Of a DNA stretch of 64,000 bases, positions 19,997-29,982 are shown piece by piece (the stretch's first letter is position 1; each line of letters begins with the position of its first letter). Where the stretch lies: the NCBI GenBank assembly GCA_963756875.1, contig CAVWPA010000003.1:128001-192000 (forward strand). Reading direction: 5' to 3'. Below the pieces are notes generated by a model. It saw only the letters and a program-made list of their open reading frames with translations. It made no database searches and was not told the DNA's origin. This DNA comes from an uncultured Verrucomicrobiae bacterium. Its GTDB lineage: Bacteria; Verrucomicrobiota; Verrucomicrobiia; Chthoniobacterales; UBA10450. Position numbers and translations under genes: made by a program.

Positions 19997-22333
19997 ATGA
20001 CTCGCCGGCCCAATGCACGCAGATCGTTTGAGCTAAATTCCCGGGTGGAAAATCGCCGTTCAGCCCTCATTTCGCTGGCCGCCCTGATTGTACTGACGCT
20101 GGCGATGTTTGGCGACGTCCTGTTCGCCGGCGGCACGCGCGTGCTCGGACATCAGGGCGCCGATTTGTTTCTGCAATACTATTCCTGGCGCGACTTCGGA
20201 TTCCACCAGCTGGCAAAAGGAAATCTCGCGCTTTGGAATCCGCACATCTTCAGCGGCGCCCCATATTTCGGCGAAATGCAGGCGGCCTTGCTTTATCCGC
20301 CGAACTGGCTGTTCCTGCTCCTGCCGCTGCCCGCCGCAATCAACTGGACGATCGCGCTCAACATCTTCGCGATTGGCGCGTTCATGTTCTTCTGGATGCG
20401 GACTCGCGGCCTGCACCCGGCGGCCGCTTTTTTTGCCGGCGCGGTGATTATGTTCTCCGGCCCGCATTTTCTGCACGTCTTTGCAGGGCATCTGCCTCAA
20501 CTCGCCGCGATGACCTGGGCGCCCCTTATTTTTTGCGCCATCGACGGTCTCTTTAGGACCCCGCAGAAGATAAGCTGGTGCCTGCTCGGAATTTTTGCAG
20601 TCGCCATGCAGATTCTGGCAGGCTTCCCGCAGTACGTTTTTTACACCGGAATTGTCGCCGGGCTTTATTCCTCGTTGCGCTTGATTGGCCAATGGAATTG
20701 GCCGCTGGCGGCGAAACTGTTGAGTATCTACCTGGGCGCCGCTGTGCTGACCGCCGTGCAGTTGCTGCCGGCGGTCGATGCAACCCGCGAGACGGCGCGC
20801 GGCGTTGCGTTGCCATTTAATTTCGCATCGATGTTCTCCCTCCCGCCGGAGAATTTCCTCACCCTGCTCGCGCCGACTTTCTTTGGCGATATCGCCAGCT
20901 ATTGGGGACGTTGTTACTTATGGGAGACGTCGCTCTTCCTGAGCGTCACCGGCTTTGCGCTGGCGGTGTATGCGGCGATCTACGTCGAGCGCAAAACAAA
21001 ATGGGTTCTGCTGACCGTCATCTTCGCAGCGCTGCTTTTGGCGCTCGGCGTCCACACGCCCCTGTTCCAATTGCTTTACGATTGGACTCCCGGGTTCGAC
21101 CGGTTCCGAAGCACGGCGAAGTTTATTTTCCCAGCCTGCTTATTTCTGCTTCTCCTCGCCGCGACGGGGCTTGATCGCCTGCTCAGGCAAAAAAGGATCG
21201 AGTCGAAATTCGTCATCGGTATGTTCGCCGCAGCTACGGCCTTGGGAATCGCCGGCTTATGGGCGGCAGAGACGAACTCCTGGCAATCGATTATGAACAA
21301 AATGCAGGCGGCCGGGGAGACCTACCTGTTGCCGCAACTCTACGCGACCGCATCGTTTGTCAGTCAGTCGCAGCACACCGGCGCGATGTCGCTGTTTTTA
21401 TCGGCGGCGATCTGCACCCTCTTTGGAATTCTGTTGGCGCTGGGAAACCGTGATGGGCGCATGCTTTATGGTCTGGTCGCGCTCGGCATTCTGGAGGCGT
21501 TCTGGTTCGCCCACGCGGCGCGCCCTACTTTTGACAGCAGTAGCATTGTAAACTCGGAAGAAAAATCCATCCTGGACGAGCACCCGGGCGATTACCGCAT
21601 CATCAATCTGTTCAACCCCAACAGCGCAATGTCGATCGGCGCTTTTGATATTTGGGGTTACGATCCGGACGTCGTTCGACGTTACGCCGAATTTATCACG
21701 TGGACACAGGGCGGCGATCCAAACGATGCGACGTTGTACGTCAAGTTCACGCGGTTCGATCCGCTCTACGCGATGCTGCGCCTGCGTTACGTGTTTGCCT
21801 GGCACGCAAATAAACTGGAGAAGGCCGAAGCGCCTATTCCGCCAATGCCGCATTTGCAGCTCATTTCCAACTATCAGGTGTTGCAGGATCGAGACGCAAT
21901 TTTCAGCGCGTTGCATTCGGAGAGTTTCGATCCAACGCGCGAAGTGATCCTGGAACGCGAGCCGGAACCGAAGCCATCTCCTGACGGAAACGCGGGCACT
22001 GCGCGAATCGTAAAGAGTTCAACCGACGCGCTTACGATTGAAGCCAATGTCAATCGGCCTGCGATTTTGTTGATCACTGATCTCTACACGCCGAATTGGC
22101 GTGTTGTTTCGCTTCCCGGAAGTGCCCAATCGAAATATCAGCTGCTCCCTGCGAATTATATTTTGCGCGCCGTGCCGCTCGCAGCCGGTTACCACCGTTT
22201 GCGCATCGAGTATGCGCCGCTCGGGTTTGCCATTGGCAAATGGGTCTCGCTCGTGGCCGCCATTCTTTTCCTCGGCGCATGCACGCGTGTGTTGAAGGAG
22301 GCAAAATCGCCGTGCAAACAAGATAAATTGTAG
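19997..22333 (+). CDS. YfhO-family multi-TM membrane protein (GT-C-like)
   Basis: LWNPHIFSGAP, many TM segments, C-terminal ANYILRAVPL.AG.H. Confidence 0.75.
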   Translation: MTRRPNARRSFELNSRVENRRSALISLAALIVLTLAMFGDVLFAGGTRVLGHQGADLFLQYYSWRDFGFHQLAKGNLALWNPHIFSGAPYFGEMQAALLYPPNWLFLLLPLPAAINWTIALNIFAIGAFMFFWMRTRGLHPAAAFFAGAVIMFSGPHFLHVFAGHLPQLAAMTWAPLIFCAIDGLFRTPQKISWCLLGIFAVAMQILAGFPQYVFYTGIVAGLYSSLRLIGQWNWPLAAKLLSIYLGAAVLTAVQLLPAVDATRETARGVALPFNFASMFSLPPENFLTLLAPTFFGDIASYWGRCYLWETSLFLSVTGFALAVYAAIYVERKTKWVLLTVIFAALLLALGVHTPLFQLLYDWTPGFDRFRSTAKFIFPACLFLLLLAATGLDRLLRQKRIESKFVIGMFAAATALGIAGLWAAETNSWQSIMNKMQAAGETYLLPQLYATASFVSQSQHTGAMSLFLSAAICTLFGILLALGNRDGRMLYGLVALGILEAFWFAHAARPTFDSSSIVNSEEKSILDEHPGDYRIINLFNPNSAMSIGAFDIWGYDPDVVRRYAEFITWTQGGDPNDATLYVKFTRFDPLYAMLRLRYVFAWHANKLEKAEAPIPPMPHLQLISNYQVLQDRDAIFSALHSESFDPTREVILEREPEPKPSPDGNAGTARIVKSSTDALTIEANVNRPAILLITDLYTPNWRVVSLPGSAQSKYQLLPANYILRAVPLAAGYHRLRIEYAPLGFAIGKWVSLVAAILFLGACTRVLKEAKSPCKQDKL

Positions 22334-22388
22334 GGCAACCGCGCCGGTTGCCGTTTTTTAACTGGCAGGCGGAGCGCCTGCCCTGCAA
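22328..22388. repeat. GTAG-type REP doublet
   Basis: ttgtagggcaaccgcgccggttgcc...ggcaggcggagcgcctgccctgcaa; related copy at 48246-48303. Confidence 0.7.
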
Positions 22389-22396
22389 CTTTTGCC

Positions 22397-23368
22397 ATGC
22401 CGCATTCCGTCGCAATCGTCGGCGCGGGCGTCTCGGGGCTGACCTGTGCCGTTCGTTTCGCCGAGGATGGATTTCACACCGAAATCTTTGCGGACGAGAT
22501 CGGTCAGCGCACCACTTCCGCAGCGGCAGCGGCCATCTGGTTTCCATACGATGCAAAACCGGTCGACAAGGTAATCCACTGGGCGCTCGAAACCTACAAA
22601 GTACTCGCCGGTCTCGCCCACGATTCGGCCACCGGCGTGTCGATGATTGAACTTCGCCAATTCTCTCGCACCGGCAAAATCCAGATTCCAGACTGGGCAC
22701 ATTCGTTAGGTGCGTCTCTCATTTCGGCCCCCTCTCGCGTCGTGTCGACGGAAGCGGAGAGATCTCTTTCTGTTTTTCGGTCCGGCTACAGCATCAATGT
22801 CCCGCTCACGGACACCACAATCTACCTCGATTATCTTGCACAGCGATTCATCAAAGCCGGCGGCCAAATCAACGCAAATGTCCGACTGAAGAAGCTTGAA
22901 GAGATCGATCCGAAATTCAGCCTCATAATCAATTGCGCCGGATTCGGCGCGCATACGCTCGCGCCCGATGCCGACCTTGAGCCGCATCGCGGTCAGGTCG
23001 TGATCGTGCCCCTGATCGACAATCTAAAGTACGCCGTTGTTTGCGACGATGCTCCTCTGACATACGCCATACCGCGCAGAAACGATTGCGTCTTCGGCGG
23101 CACGAACGAAATCAGTGATCGCCGCAACCCCGATTCAGAAACCAGCTCGCGCATTCTCGCCGAATGCGGCCGTATTCTAAATGTAAGTGCGCCGAAAATC
23201 CTCGCCGAACGCGTCGGTCTTCGCCCCTTTCGAAAATCGGGCGTCCGACTTGAACGCGACCGGCTACACGACGCTCGGGCCGTCGTTCACAACTACGGCC
23301 ACGGCGGCTCGGGGTTCACTCTTTCATGGGGCTGCGCTCGACAGGTCCTCGACCTGGCCGGCCGGTGA
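22397..23368 (+). CDS. D-amino-acid oxidase family flavoprotein
   Basis: GAGVSG, RGQ, VGLRP, HNYGHGGSGFTLSWG. Confidence 0.88.
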   Translation: MPHSVAIVGAGVSGLTCAVRFAEDGFHTEIFADEIGQRTTSAAAAAIWFPYDAKPVDKVIHWALETYKVLAGLAHDSATGVSMIELRQFSRTGKIQIPDWAHSLGASLISAPSRVVSTEAERSLSVFRSGYSINVPLTDTTIYLDYLAQRFIKAGGQINANVRLKKLEEIDPKFSLIINCAGFGAHTLAPDADLEPHRGQVVIVPLIDNLKYAVVCDDAPLTYAIPRRNDCVFGGTNEISDRRNPDSETSSRILAECGRILNVSAPKILAERVGLRPFRKSGVRLERDRLHDARAVVHNYGHGGSGFTLSWGCARQVLDLAGR

Positions 23369-23600
23369 TCTCCGTTCTCTCTCCTCTGTCACCGAATGTT
23401 GGGCATTGAAGAAAGTCCCCATAATGCTTGTCGGCGCAGACAGGGCATACACCGTGGCTGAACTGCGCCCGGGAATGTTCGCGGACATAAGCCTCCATCT
23501 GTCGCCAGTTACCGCTCTCATCGCGAATCGCCTTGCAGAAGCCGCAGATGGGAAGAATTCCTTCGAGTTGCTGCCCGCGGTGACGAAGTTGGGCGGAAGC
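23316..23600 (-). pseudogene. Start-less remnant of a Cys-rich C-terminal domain of signalling proteins
   Basis: Reads LEGILPICGFCKAIRDESGNWRQMEAYVREHSRAQFSHGVCPVC; in-frame TAA just upstream and no start codon before the first CxxC. Confidence 0.65.
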
Positions 23601-23755
23601 TTAGCTATTCCGTATGCTTTCGCGAGAAGGCGTTTTGGACGGGGGGCTGGAAGTCGGGAGTCCGTGGCCAGAAGACCCCCATGCGAGGCATCTACGAAAA
23701 TTCGAGGCCAGATTAGACCGCCTGCCAGTCGGGCGGACCGCCTAAGCAACAAGGA

Positions 23756-24154
23756 TCAGGTGATGGCGACAGCCTGAAAGGAGCTGACGACGTCGTCCGG
23801 GCCTTTCGCGGTGAAGAAGCTTTCGTAATAGCCGGGGCCGAGGTCCCAGTGCGGGCCCTTGTAATATTCGTCGCGATAAAAGCGCCAGACGCCACTTACC
23901 ACAATGAGGCAACTGATCCGATCGTCCCAAAAATCGCCGACGTAAAGAAAACTCAGATTCGTACGAGCGTAGGCGCCTTTGAAACCGGTGTGATCGTAAA
24001 CCACCAGCTCTGGCAGGCGAATAATCTCCTTGGACGGCTCCACAGCAACCTTGCCGACGCCGCTGGCGTGATAACTGAGCGGGCCAAGCTTCCATTTCGT
24101 GTCGATGATACAGCCGTTGTCCGGCGACAATTCAGTTTTCGGTATTTGTCTCAT
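23756..24154 (-). CDS. Beta/gamma-crystallin domain protein
   Basis: VYDHTGFKG..DDRISCLIVVSGVWRFYRDEYYKG..LGPG.Y..DDVVSSF Greek-key motifs. Confidence 0.75.
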   Translation of the reverse strand: MRQIPKTELSPDNGCIIDTKWKLGPLSYHASGVGKVAVEPSKEIIRLPELVVYDHTGFKGAYARTNLSFLYVGDFWDDRISCLIVVSGVWRFYRDEYYKGPHWDLGPGYYESFFTAKGPDDVVSSFQAVAIT

Positions 24155-24331
24155 AAGCGGCGAATGTTTGTTCCCGATTTTGGACGACCCAAAGGCCGAT
24201 GTCGAGCCGATTAGTGGAGGCAAAATGGTGTGGACACAAGATCCCAAATCCCAAGCACCAACTCCGAAAGCTTTCGCGAGCGGGCCTCCAGGGAGGCTCC
24301 AATCGCCAAATCTCAAACTCGTACCAGATTT

Positions 24332-24424
24332 CAACCGCGAATTACGCGGATTCAAACGAATGCCGAGCAGAACGTTCTCTTTTCTCTGCTCTGAAATCCG
24401 CGGCATCCGCGTAATCCGCGGTTA
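24332..24424. repeat. CGCGGAT-periodic palindrome
   Basis: aaccgcgaattacgcggatt ... aatccgcggcatccgcgtaatccgcggtt; related copy at 29432-29512. Confidence 0.75.
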
Positions 24425-24432
24425 ATGATAAT

Positions 24433-25521
24433 TTATATCAAATGCTCGCGATTGTCCGAGCGGAGCCGGATGGTTTTGTTCTGCAAATTGTGCATGGCGC
24501 GGATAAACCGCACGGTCTTGCTTTTCGCGCGCATCAAAATGGAATGGGTGATCGCTATCGTGCCCAGTGATTTCACGCCGCGCAGCAGGGCGCTGTCGCT
24601 GATCCCGGTGGCGCAAAAAATAATGTTTTTCCCGCGAGCGAGATCGTCGGCCGAATAGACGCGGCCGAGGTCCTTCTCGTATCCGGCGTCGATCAATTTT
24701 TTCCGCTCTTTGTCGTCGCGCGGCCACATTTTGCATTGCATGCGGCCGCCAAGACATTTGATCCCGGCTGCGGCGAGCACCGCTTCAGGCGAACCGCCAA
24801 TGCCCATGTAAAGATCGATGTCGGTCTCAGGCAGAGAGGGCGCCATGGCCGCCGCGATGTCGCCGTCGCCGATCATGCGCAGCGACGCGCCGGCGGCGCG
24901 AATTTGTTCGACGATTTCCTTGTGCCGCGACCGGTCGAGCATCATCACCACCACGTCCTGGACCCGCTTGTCCAAGGCGCGCGCGACAATGGCCAGCGTC
25001 TCGGCGATTGGCGCGTCGATATCGAGCGTATCACCACGTTTCTGCATGTACTGGATCACGCGCGGCCCATAAGCCAGCTTCGACATGTAAAACGAGGGCA
25101 CATCGAGGAGCGCGACTTTCACCCCTTCTTCGGGACTGGCCGCAGCGATACAACTGATCGAATTCGGCGCGCCCTTGGAAATATTGGTCGTTCCATCAAT
25201 CGGATCGATCGCGATATCGAACGGCGGCGAACCGGGAATCCAGGTGCCGAGTTGTTCGCCTTTGAAAATGCCGGGCGCTTCATCCTTGATTCCTTCGCCG
25301 ATGACGACCTCGCCGCAGATATTCGTGAGATCGAACATGCCGCGCATCGCGTCGCAGGCCGCGGCGTCGGCGGCTTCCTTGTCGCCGCGCCCAAGCCAGC
25401 GAAGAGAATTCAGGGCAGCCGCTTCGGTGGCACGCACGAAATCGAACTCGATGATCCGTTCGATGTCGGGATAATTTTGCTTGGGTAAACGGTGCGCCAC
25501 GGAACGATAAGATTCACGCAC
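24433..25521 (-). CDS. glpX: Class II fructose-1,6-bisphosphatase
   Basis: VRATEAAA, VVIGEG..DEAP, DPIDGT, DGDIA, GIGGSPEAVL. Confidence 0.93.
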   Translation of the reverse strand: MRESYRSVAHRLPKQNYPDIERIIEFDFVRATEAAALNSLRWLGRGDKEAADAAACDAMRGMFDLTNICGEVVIGEGIKDEAPGIFKGEQLGTWIPGSPPFDIAIDPIDGTTNISKGAPNSISCIAAASPEEGVKVALLDVPSFYMSKLAYGPRVIQYMQKRGDTLDIDAPIAETLAIVARALDKRVQDVVVMMLDRSRHKEIVEQIRAAGASLRMIGDGDIAAAMAPSLPETDIDLYMGIGGSPEAVLAAAGIKCLGGRMQCKMWPRDDKERKKLIDAGYEKDLGRVYSADDLARGKNIIFCATGISDSALLRGVKSLGTIAITHSILMRAKSKTVRFIRAMHNLQNKTIRLRSDNREHLI

Positions 25522-25842
25522 TTCCCACGGAATGACAACCGCCTACCGCGCAAAAGGTCCGAGGCACGCGGCTGGAGGAAAACGCCGAACGTCCAACGCC
25601 CAACATCCAACCTCGAAGTCAGAGAGGATTTCAGAGAAGGTAACCAAGGGAACAAAGGGGGCGGGACGCTAGCCAAGAGCGAAGAGGCTACAGGATCCAT
25701 TCGATTTCCCGTCAATTCGCGTGTTTCGCGGGAGTTTTTCAACTCTGAATCGGCAAAGTTCGTGACCCGCGAGAGCCTTCGGGGTCACCAGCACGCGAGG
25801 GCGGCCGCACGGGGCGGGCAGGCAGTGCGCTCCCCGGAATCG

Positions 25843-25870
25843 CGGACGCCGCAGCGCGGCGTCCCTGCCA
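25843..25870. repeat. 28-nt REP-like hairpin identical to a copy inside miaB
   Basis: cggacgccgcagcgcggcgtccctgcca also at 45542-45569. Confidence 0.85.
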
Positions 25871-25924
25871 GTTACAGCGTTCCTGACCTTGCTTTGTTAA
25901 GCCAGAAGTTTTAAAAAATAAGGG

Positions 25925-27448
25925 ATGCGGGCTGTACGAGGGAAAATCTGGATCGCCGTTTTGTCGTTGCTCTTCTGCTTTTCGATTCCGGCACAATTGC
26001 GCGCGCAAGCGGTGCCGGGGCTGGCCGCCGTCCGCGTGGCAACAGGTTTGAGCTCGCCGCTTTTCGTGACCACGCCGCCCGGCGATTTCAATCGCCTTTT
26101 CATTGTCCAGCAGACCGGGCAGATCCGGATTCTAAATCTGGCGACCGGCACACTGAACGCGACGGCGTTTCTCGACATTCATACGTCGCTGGTCAGCGGA
26201 GGCGAACGAGGGTTGCTCGGTCTGGCGTTCGATCCGGACTACGCGACCAACGGCAAGTTCTATGTCGACTTTACCGCGTCCGGCGGCGTATACGGCCAGG
26301 GCGTGACGCACATTGCGCAGTTCACCGTCTCCGCCAATCCCAGTGTCGCCGATCCAACCAGCGTGATAACGCTGCTGACGTTCGATCAACCGCAGGCGAA
26401 CCACAATGGCGGCTGGATCGGATTCAGCCCGCGCCCCGGTGACGATCACAATCTTTACATCGCAACCGGCGACGGCGGCAACGGGAACGACCAGGACGGC
26501 GGCGTGGGGCACCACGAACCGGGCGGCAACGCACAATGGAATGAGACGCTACTCGGCAAAATGCTGCGTATTCATGTCGATCCAACCACCGGAACATTCA
26601 CGATCCCGGGCGACAATCCGTTCGCGGGCTCCGCGCCGCCCGTAAAAAGAGAGATCTGGCTGGTCGGATTGCGCAATCCGTTTCGCGACAGCTTCGATCG
26701 ACTGAACGGACGCATGTTCATCGGCGACGTTGGACAGGACTCCCGCGAGGAAGTTGATGTGCAGCAGCCGGACAACCCCGGCGGCGGCGAAAATTACGAA
26801 TGGAGGCTCCGCGAGGGATTCATCGCGACGCCGACCGGCAATCCCGTCGTCGGCGGCAACCGGCCGGCCGGCGGCATCGACCCGATTTTTGATTACCCGC
26901 ATCCTGCTCCTCCCAGCGGTCTGGCAGGGCAAACGGTGATCGGCGGTTACGTCTACCGGGGCAAACAAATTCCCGCGTTGATCGGCACTTATGTTTTTGC
27001 GGATTATCTCGGACCGGAAGGCGCTGGAAACATCGGGAAAATTTACAGCCTGAATTTCGACGGGACGACTGCGTCGAATCCGCAGAACATCACCACGGAA
27101 TTATTTCCGACGAGCACGGGCAATTTTAGTTTGGAGAATCCCACTTCGTTAGGCGAAGACGCCAATGGAGAACTTTACATTTGCGATATCAGCGCCGGCA
27201 GCGTTTACGAAATCGTGCCGGTGACGCCGAACGTGACGATCGACAGCATCGAAAGAGATTCGCAGAGCGGGCATATTGTTTTAACCGGCACCGGCGTGCC
27301 GTTCAAAATGCACACCGTCAAGGCGACGGCTGATCTCACGCAAACATTTATGACCATCGGCACCACCACCGCGAACGGTGACGGCACATTTCAATACGAC
27401 GATGCCACAAACCTGACCACGCGTTTTTATCAGGTTGCTTATCCCTAG
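25925..27448 (+). CDS. Secreted PQQ-dependent sugar (glucose/sorbosone) dehydrogenase family protein
   Basis: ERGLLGLAFDP, NHNGG, LYIATGDGG, GLRNP, GDVGQ. Confidence 0.85.
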   Translation: MRAVRGKIWIAVLSLLFCFSIPAQLRAQAVPGLAAVRVATGLSSPLFVTTPPGDFNRLFIVQQTGQIRILNLATGTLNATAFLDIHTSLVSGGERGLLGLAFDPDYATNGKFYVDFTASGGVYGQGVTHIAQFTVSANPSVADPTSVITLLTFDQPQANHNGGWIGFSPRPGDDHNLYIATGDGGNGNDQDGGVGHHEPGGNAQWNETLLGKMLRIHVDPTTGTFTIPGDNPFAGSAPPVKREIWLVGLRNPFRDSFDRLNGRMFIGDVGQDSREEVDVQQPDNPGGGENYEWRLREGFIATPTGNPVVGGNRPAGGIDPIFDYPHPAPPSGLAGQTVIGGYVYRGKQIPALIGTYVFADYLGPEGAGNIGKIYSLNFDGTTASNPQNITTELFPTSTGNFSLENPTSLGEDANGELYICDISAGSVYEIVPVTPNVTIDSIERDSQSGHIVLTGTGVPFKMHTVKATADLTQTFMTIGTTTANGDGTFQYDDATNLTTRFYQVAYP

Positions 27449-27503
27449 GGCGCGGTCGAACGGAATCAGAATGGCAGGGACAGCGCGTCGCGGGGCGCGG
27501 CGT

Positions 27504-28820
27504 CTAACCCTCGGGCGGTTCGGGCGCAGTGAAGCCGGAGGAGGGAATATCTTCTGTCGAAGCGAACTCAGGAACCTCAGGAACTTCGGGCCCTCCGGGC
27601 GACGCAGCGGTCGCGGCCATTTCCGGCTGCTTGATGCGGGTGGACATCACCATGGCAATAAAGAGCATGAGCCCGGCGAGATAGTAAGGCGCTCCCGGAA
27701 TATGAACCGGATGTTTCGGGTCGATGAACCAGCTGAAGACCCGTGAGAACAAAATGGGACCGATAATAAAGGTAATGGAACGCAAACTGCCGAGCGCGCC
27801 CTGCAGCTCGCCCTGTTCGCGTTCGCTGACCCGGTGGGTCATCATTCCCTGAGCTGCCGGCATGGAAACATTCCACAGTGAAATGATCGGAATCGACCCA
27901 AGCAAAACGGCGCCGCTCCGGGCCAGGCCGGCAACGAACATCCCGACTGCGCCAAAAAACTGGCCGATATAAAGGGTACGTCGTTCGCCGAACCGCCGGA
28001 CCATTCGTCCGGTTAACCCGCCGGAAACGATGGCGGTACACACGCCGACGACCATCAGCGAGACGCCGATCTTCAGCTGACTCCATGTGTAACGATAGAT
28101 GGCGTAGAGCGCCCAAACGGTGAACACGTTGTGCGCCACCCAGGCGAGAAACTGAATTGTTGCCAGCTTCCAAAGTTCGGAGTGCGAGCGCAGTAACACC
28201 AGGGAGCCGACAGGATTGGCGCGGCGCAATTTAAACGCCTTACGATGCTCGCGACTGAGCGATTCGGGAACAAAGAAGTAGCCCCAGAGCCAGTTGGTCA
28301 GACTCAATCCGGCGGCGACCCAGAATGCCAGACGGGGATTGGAGTTACTGAGCAAACCGCCGAGGGCCGGTCCCAGGGTAAAACCAATTCCAAAGGCGAC
28401 ACCGATCATTCCAAATGCACCGGAACGCTTTTCCTTTGGAACAACGTCCGCGATGTAAGCCATCGCCGTGGGGATGCTGGAGGTAGTGATCCCGGAAATG
28501 ATTCGGCCAAGAAAAAGCCAGCCGATCGTGGGCGCGAGCGCCATGACCACGTAGTCGAGACCAAGCCCGAGGTTGGAAAGCAAAATCACCGGGCGGCGGC
28601 CGAACCGGTCCGACAACACGCCGAGCACGGGGGAAAAGACGAATTGCATCAACGCGAAGACCAGCGCGAACCAGCCGTTCCAGTCGGCCGCGTCGGTCAT
28701 CTTGCCTCCGAGAAAGTCGAGAATGAGTTTCGGCAATACCGGGATGATTAGTCCCATCGCCAAAATATCGAGCGTGACCGTAACCAGAATGAAAAGGACG
28801 GCTGCTTTACGATTTTTCAT
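27504..28820 (-). CDS. TetA/TCR-family MFS efflux transporter
   Basis: GLIIPVLP, GVLSDRFGRRPV, AYIADV, EQGELQG. Confidence 0.88.
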   Translation of the reverse strand: MKNRKAAVLFILVTVTLDILAMGLIIPVLPKLILDFLGGKMTDAADWNGWFALVFALMQFVFSPVLGVLSDRFGRRPVILLSNLGLGLDYVVMALAPTIGWLFLGRIISGITTSSIPTAMAYIADVVPKEKRSGAFGMIGVAFGIGFTLGPALGGLLSNSNPRLAFWVAAGLSLTNWLWGYFFVPESLSREHRKAFKLRRANPVGSLVLLRSHSELWKLATIQFLAWVAHNVFTVWALYAIYRYTWSQLKIGVSLMVVGVCTAIVSGGLTGRMVRRFGERRTLYIGQFFGAVGMFVAGLARSGAVLLGSIPIISLWNVSMPAAQGMMTHRVSEREQGELQGALGSLRSITFIIGPILFSRVFSWFIDPKHPVHIPGAPYYLAGLMLFIAMVMSTRIKQPEMAATAASPGGPEVPEVPEFASTEDIPSSGFTAPEPPEG

Positions 28821-28914
28821 TGCAAGACCGACCACTTTAGAGGCGAGCGTGCCGACCGCAAAATCGAAATAATGCAGACCACGCGCCTGCCCTTGCGGTA
28901 ATCTGTGGGCAAAT

Positions 28915-29427
28915 ATGCTTCCCCTCTCCTACCGTTCGCCAAAGACCGAAGTGCGCGAGAGCAAAATCCACGGGCGCGGATTGTTCGCCACGGCCGATAT
29001 CGCCAAAGACGAAATCGTGGCGGTAAAAGGCGGCCACATCATCGATCGCGAAACGCTTCAGGGCGACGTGGCGCGGAAGCTCGGCCCGGTTGAAATTCAA
29101 ATCGACGACGATTTGTTCGTCGCGCCGGTCACGGCCGGGGAACGCGAGCTCTCGATGCTCTATTCGAACCATTCGTGCGATGCGAACATCGGCATGCGCG
29201 GCGAGATCACGTTTGTCGCAATGCGCGACATTCGCGAGGGCGAAGAACTCACTCACGATTGGTGCACGACCGATGACGACAATTACTCAATGGAGTGCAA
29301 GTGCGGCTCGGCCAGCTGCCGGAAAATCCTTACCGGCAAAGATTGGCAGCGGTCTGAGTTGCAGAAGCGCTACGCGGGATATTTCTCAGCGTATCTGGCG
29401 CGAAAAATCGCCCAGCTTCGGAATTAA
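28915..29427 (+). CDS. SET-domain protein with post-SET motif
   Basis: IHGRGLFA, NHSCDAN, GEELTHD, CKCGSASC. Confidence 0.9.
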   Translation: MLPLSYRSPKTEVRESKIHGRGLFATADIAKDEIVAVKGGHIIDRETLQGDVARKLGPVEIQIDDDLFVAPVTAGERELSMLYSNHSCDANIGMRGEITFVAMRDIREGEELTHDWCTTDDDNYSMECKCGSASCRKILTGKDWQRSELQKRYAGYFSAYLARKIAQLRN

Positions 29428-29431
29428 ATTC

Positions 29432-29512
29432 AACCGCGGATTACGCGGATTTAGACGGATCGGCAAAGCGGAATCGAATTTGTCCTGTGTTCCATCCGCG
29501 CAATCCGCGGTT
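29432..29512. repeat. CGCGGAT-periodic palindrome, second copy
   Basis: aaccgcggattacgcggatt ... atccgcgcaatccgcggtt. Confidence 0.75.
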
Positions 29513-29850
29513 CAAAGCGCGTCCAGTAATCCGATGTTCTCTTTGGGTGGCGAGCCCGGAACGATGCGCCAGAACCCGCTCTCGTCCTGGATCACGTGAC
29601 TTCCTCCGGAACCGCCATTTGGATACCGGCTCGCACGCTGCGCTGTTAGTGCCCGTTCGGCTGCCGCCCGGTCCGAATAAATTTTCTGCAAGATCCTGTC
29701 GACCCTCTGATCGACTGGAGTTTCCAGGAGGCCTCTTTGCTCCGCAGTCAAAGCGATCTCGTCCCGATGGGATCCGCTCTTTTGGACCGACTCTGGCGGG
29801 ACCGCCGAGCCCAGCTTCGCAGCCTTACGACGCTTGCGGAACAAGTTCAT
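29512..29850 (-). CDS. Hypothetical protein, 112 aa
   Basis: ATG at 29850 fills the gap between the SET and aldo/keto reductase genes; no recognised motif. Confidence 0.45.
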   Translation of the reverse strand: MNLFRKRRKAAKLGSAVPPESVQKSGSHRDEIALTAEQRGLLETPVDQRVDRILQKIYSDRAAAERALTAQRASRYPNGGSGGSHVIQDESGFWRIVPGSPPKENIGLLDAL

Positions 29851-29982
29851 GATTAAGGAGATAAATGATTGAAAGCTTGGCTCGTGCCAGAGACCCATGG
29901 CGCCGGCAGGCGCCTGGCTCACCGTGCGCGAATTGAATTTTGACTCATCGGCGCAATCGGCGCACGATAACCGGATCACACA

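Noticed and set aside
27504..28820. Acquired tetracycline resistance gene
   Set aside because: No tetR or transposon context. It looks like a chromosomal TCR-family MFS of unknown substrate.
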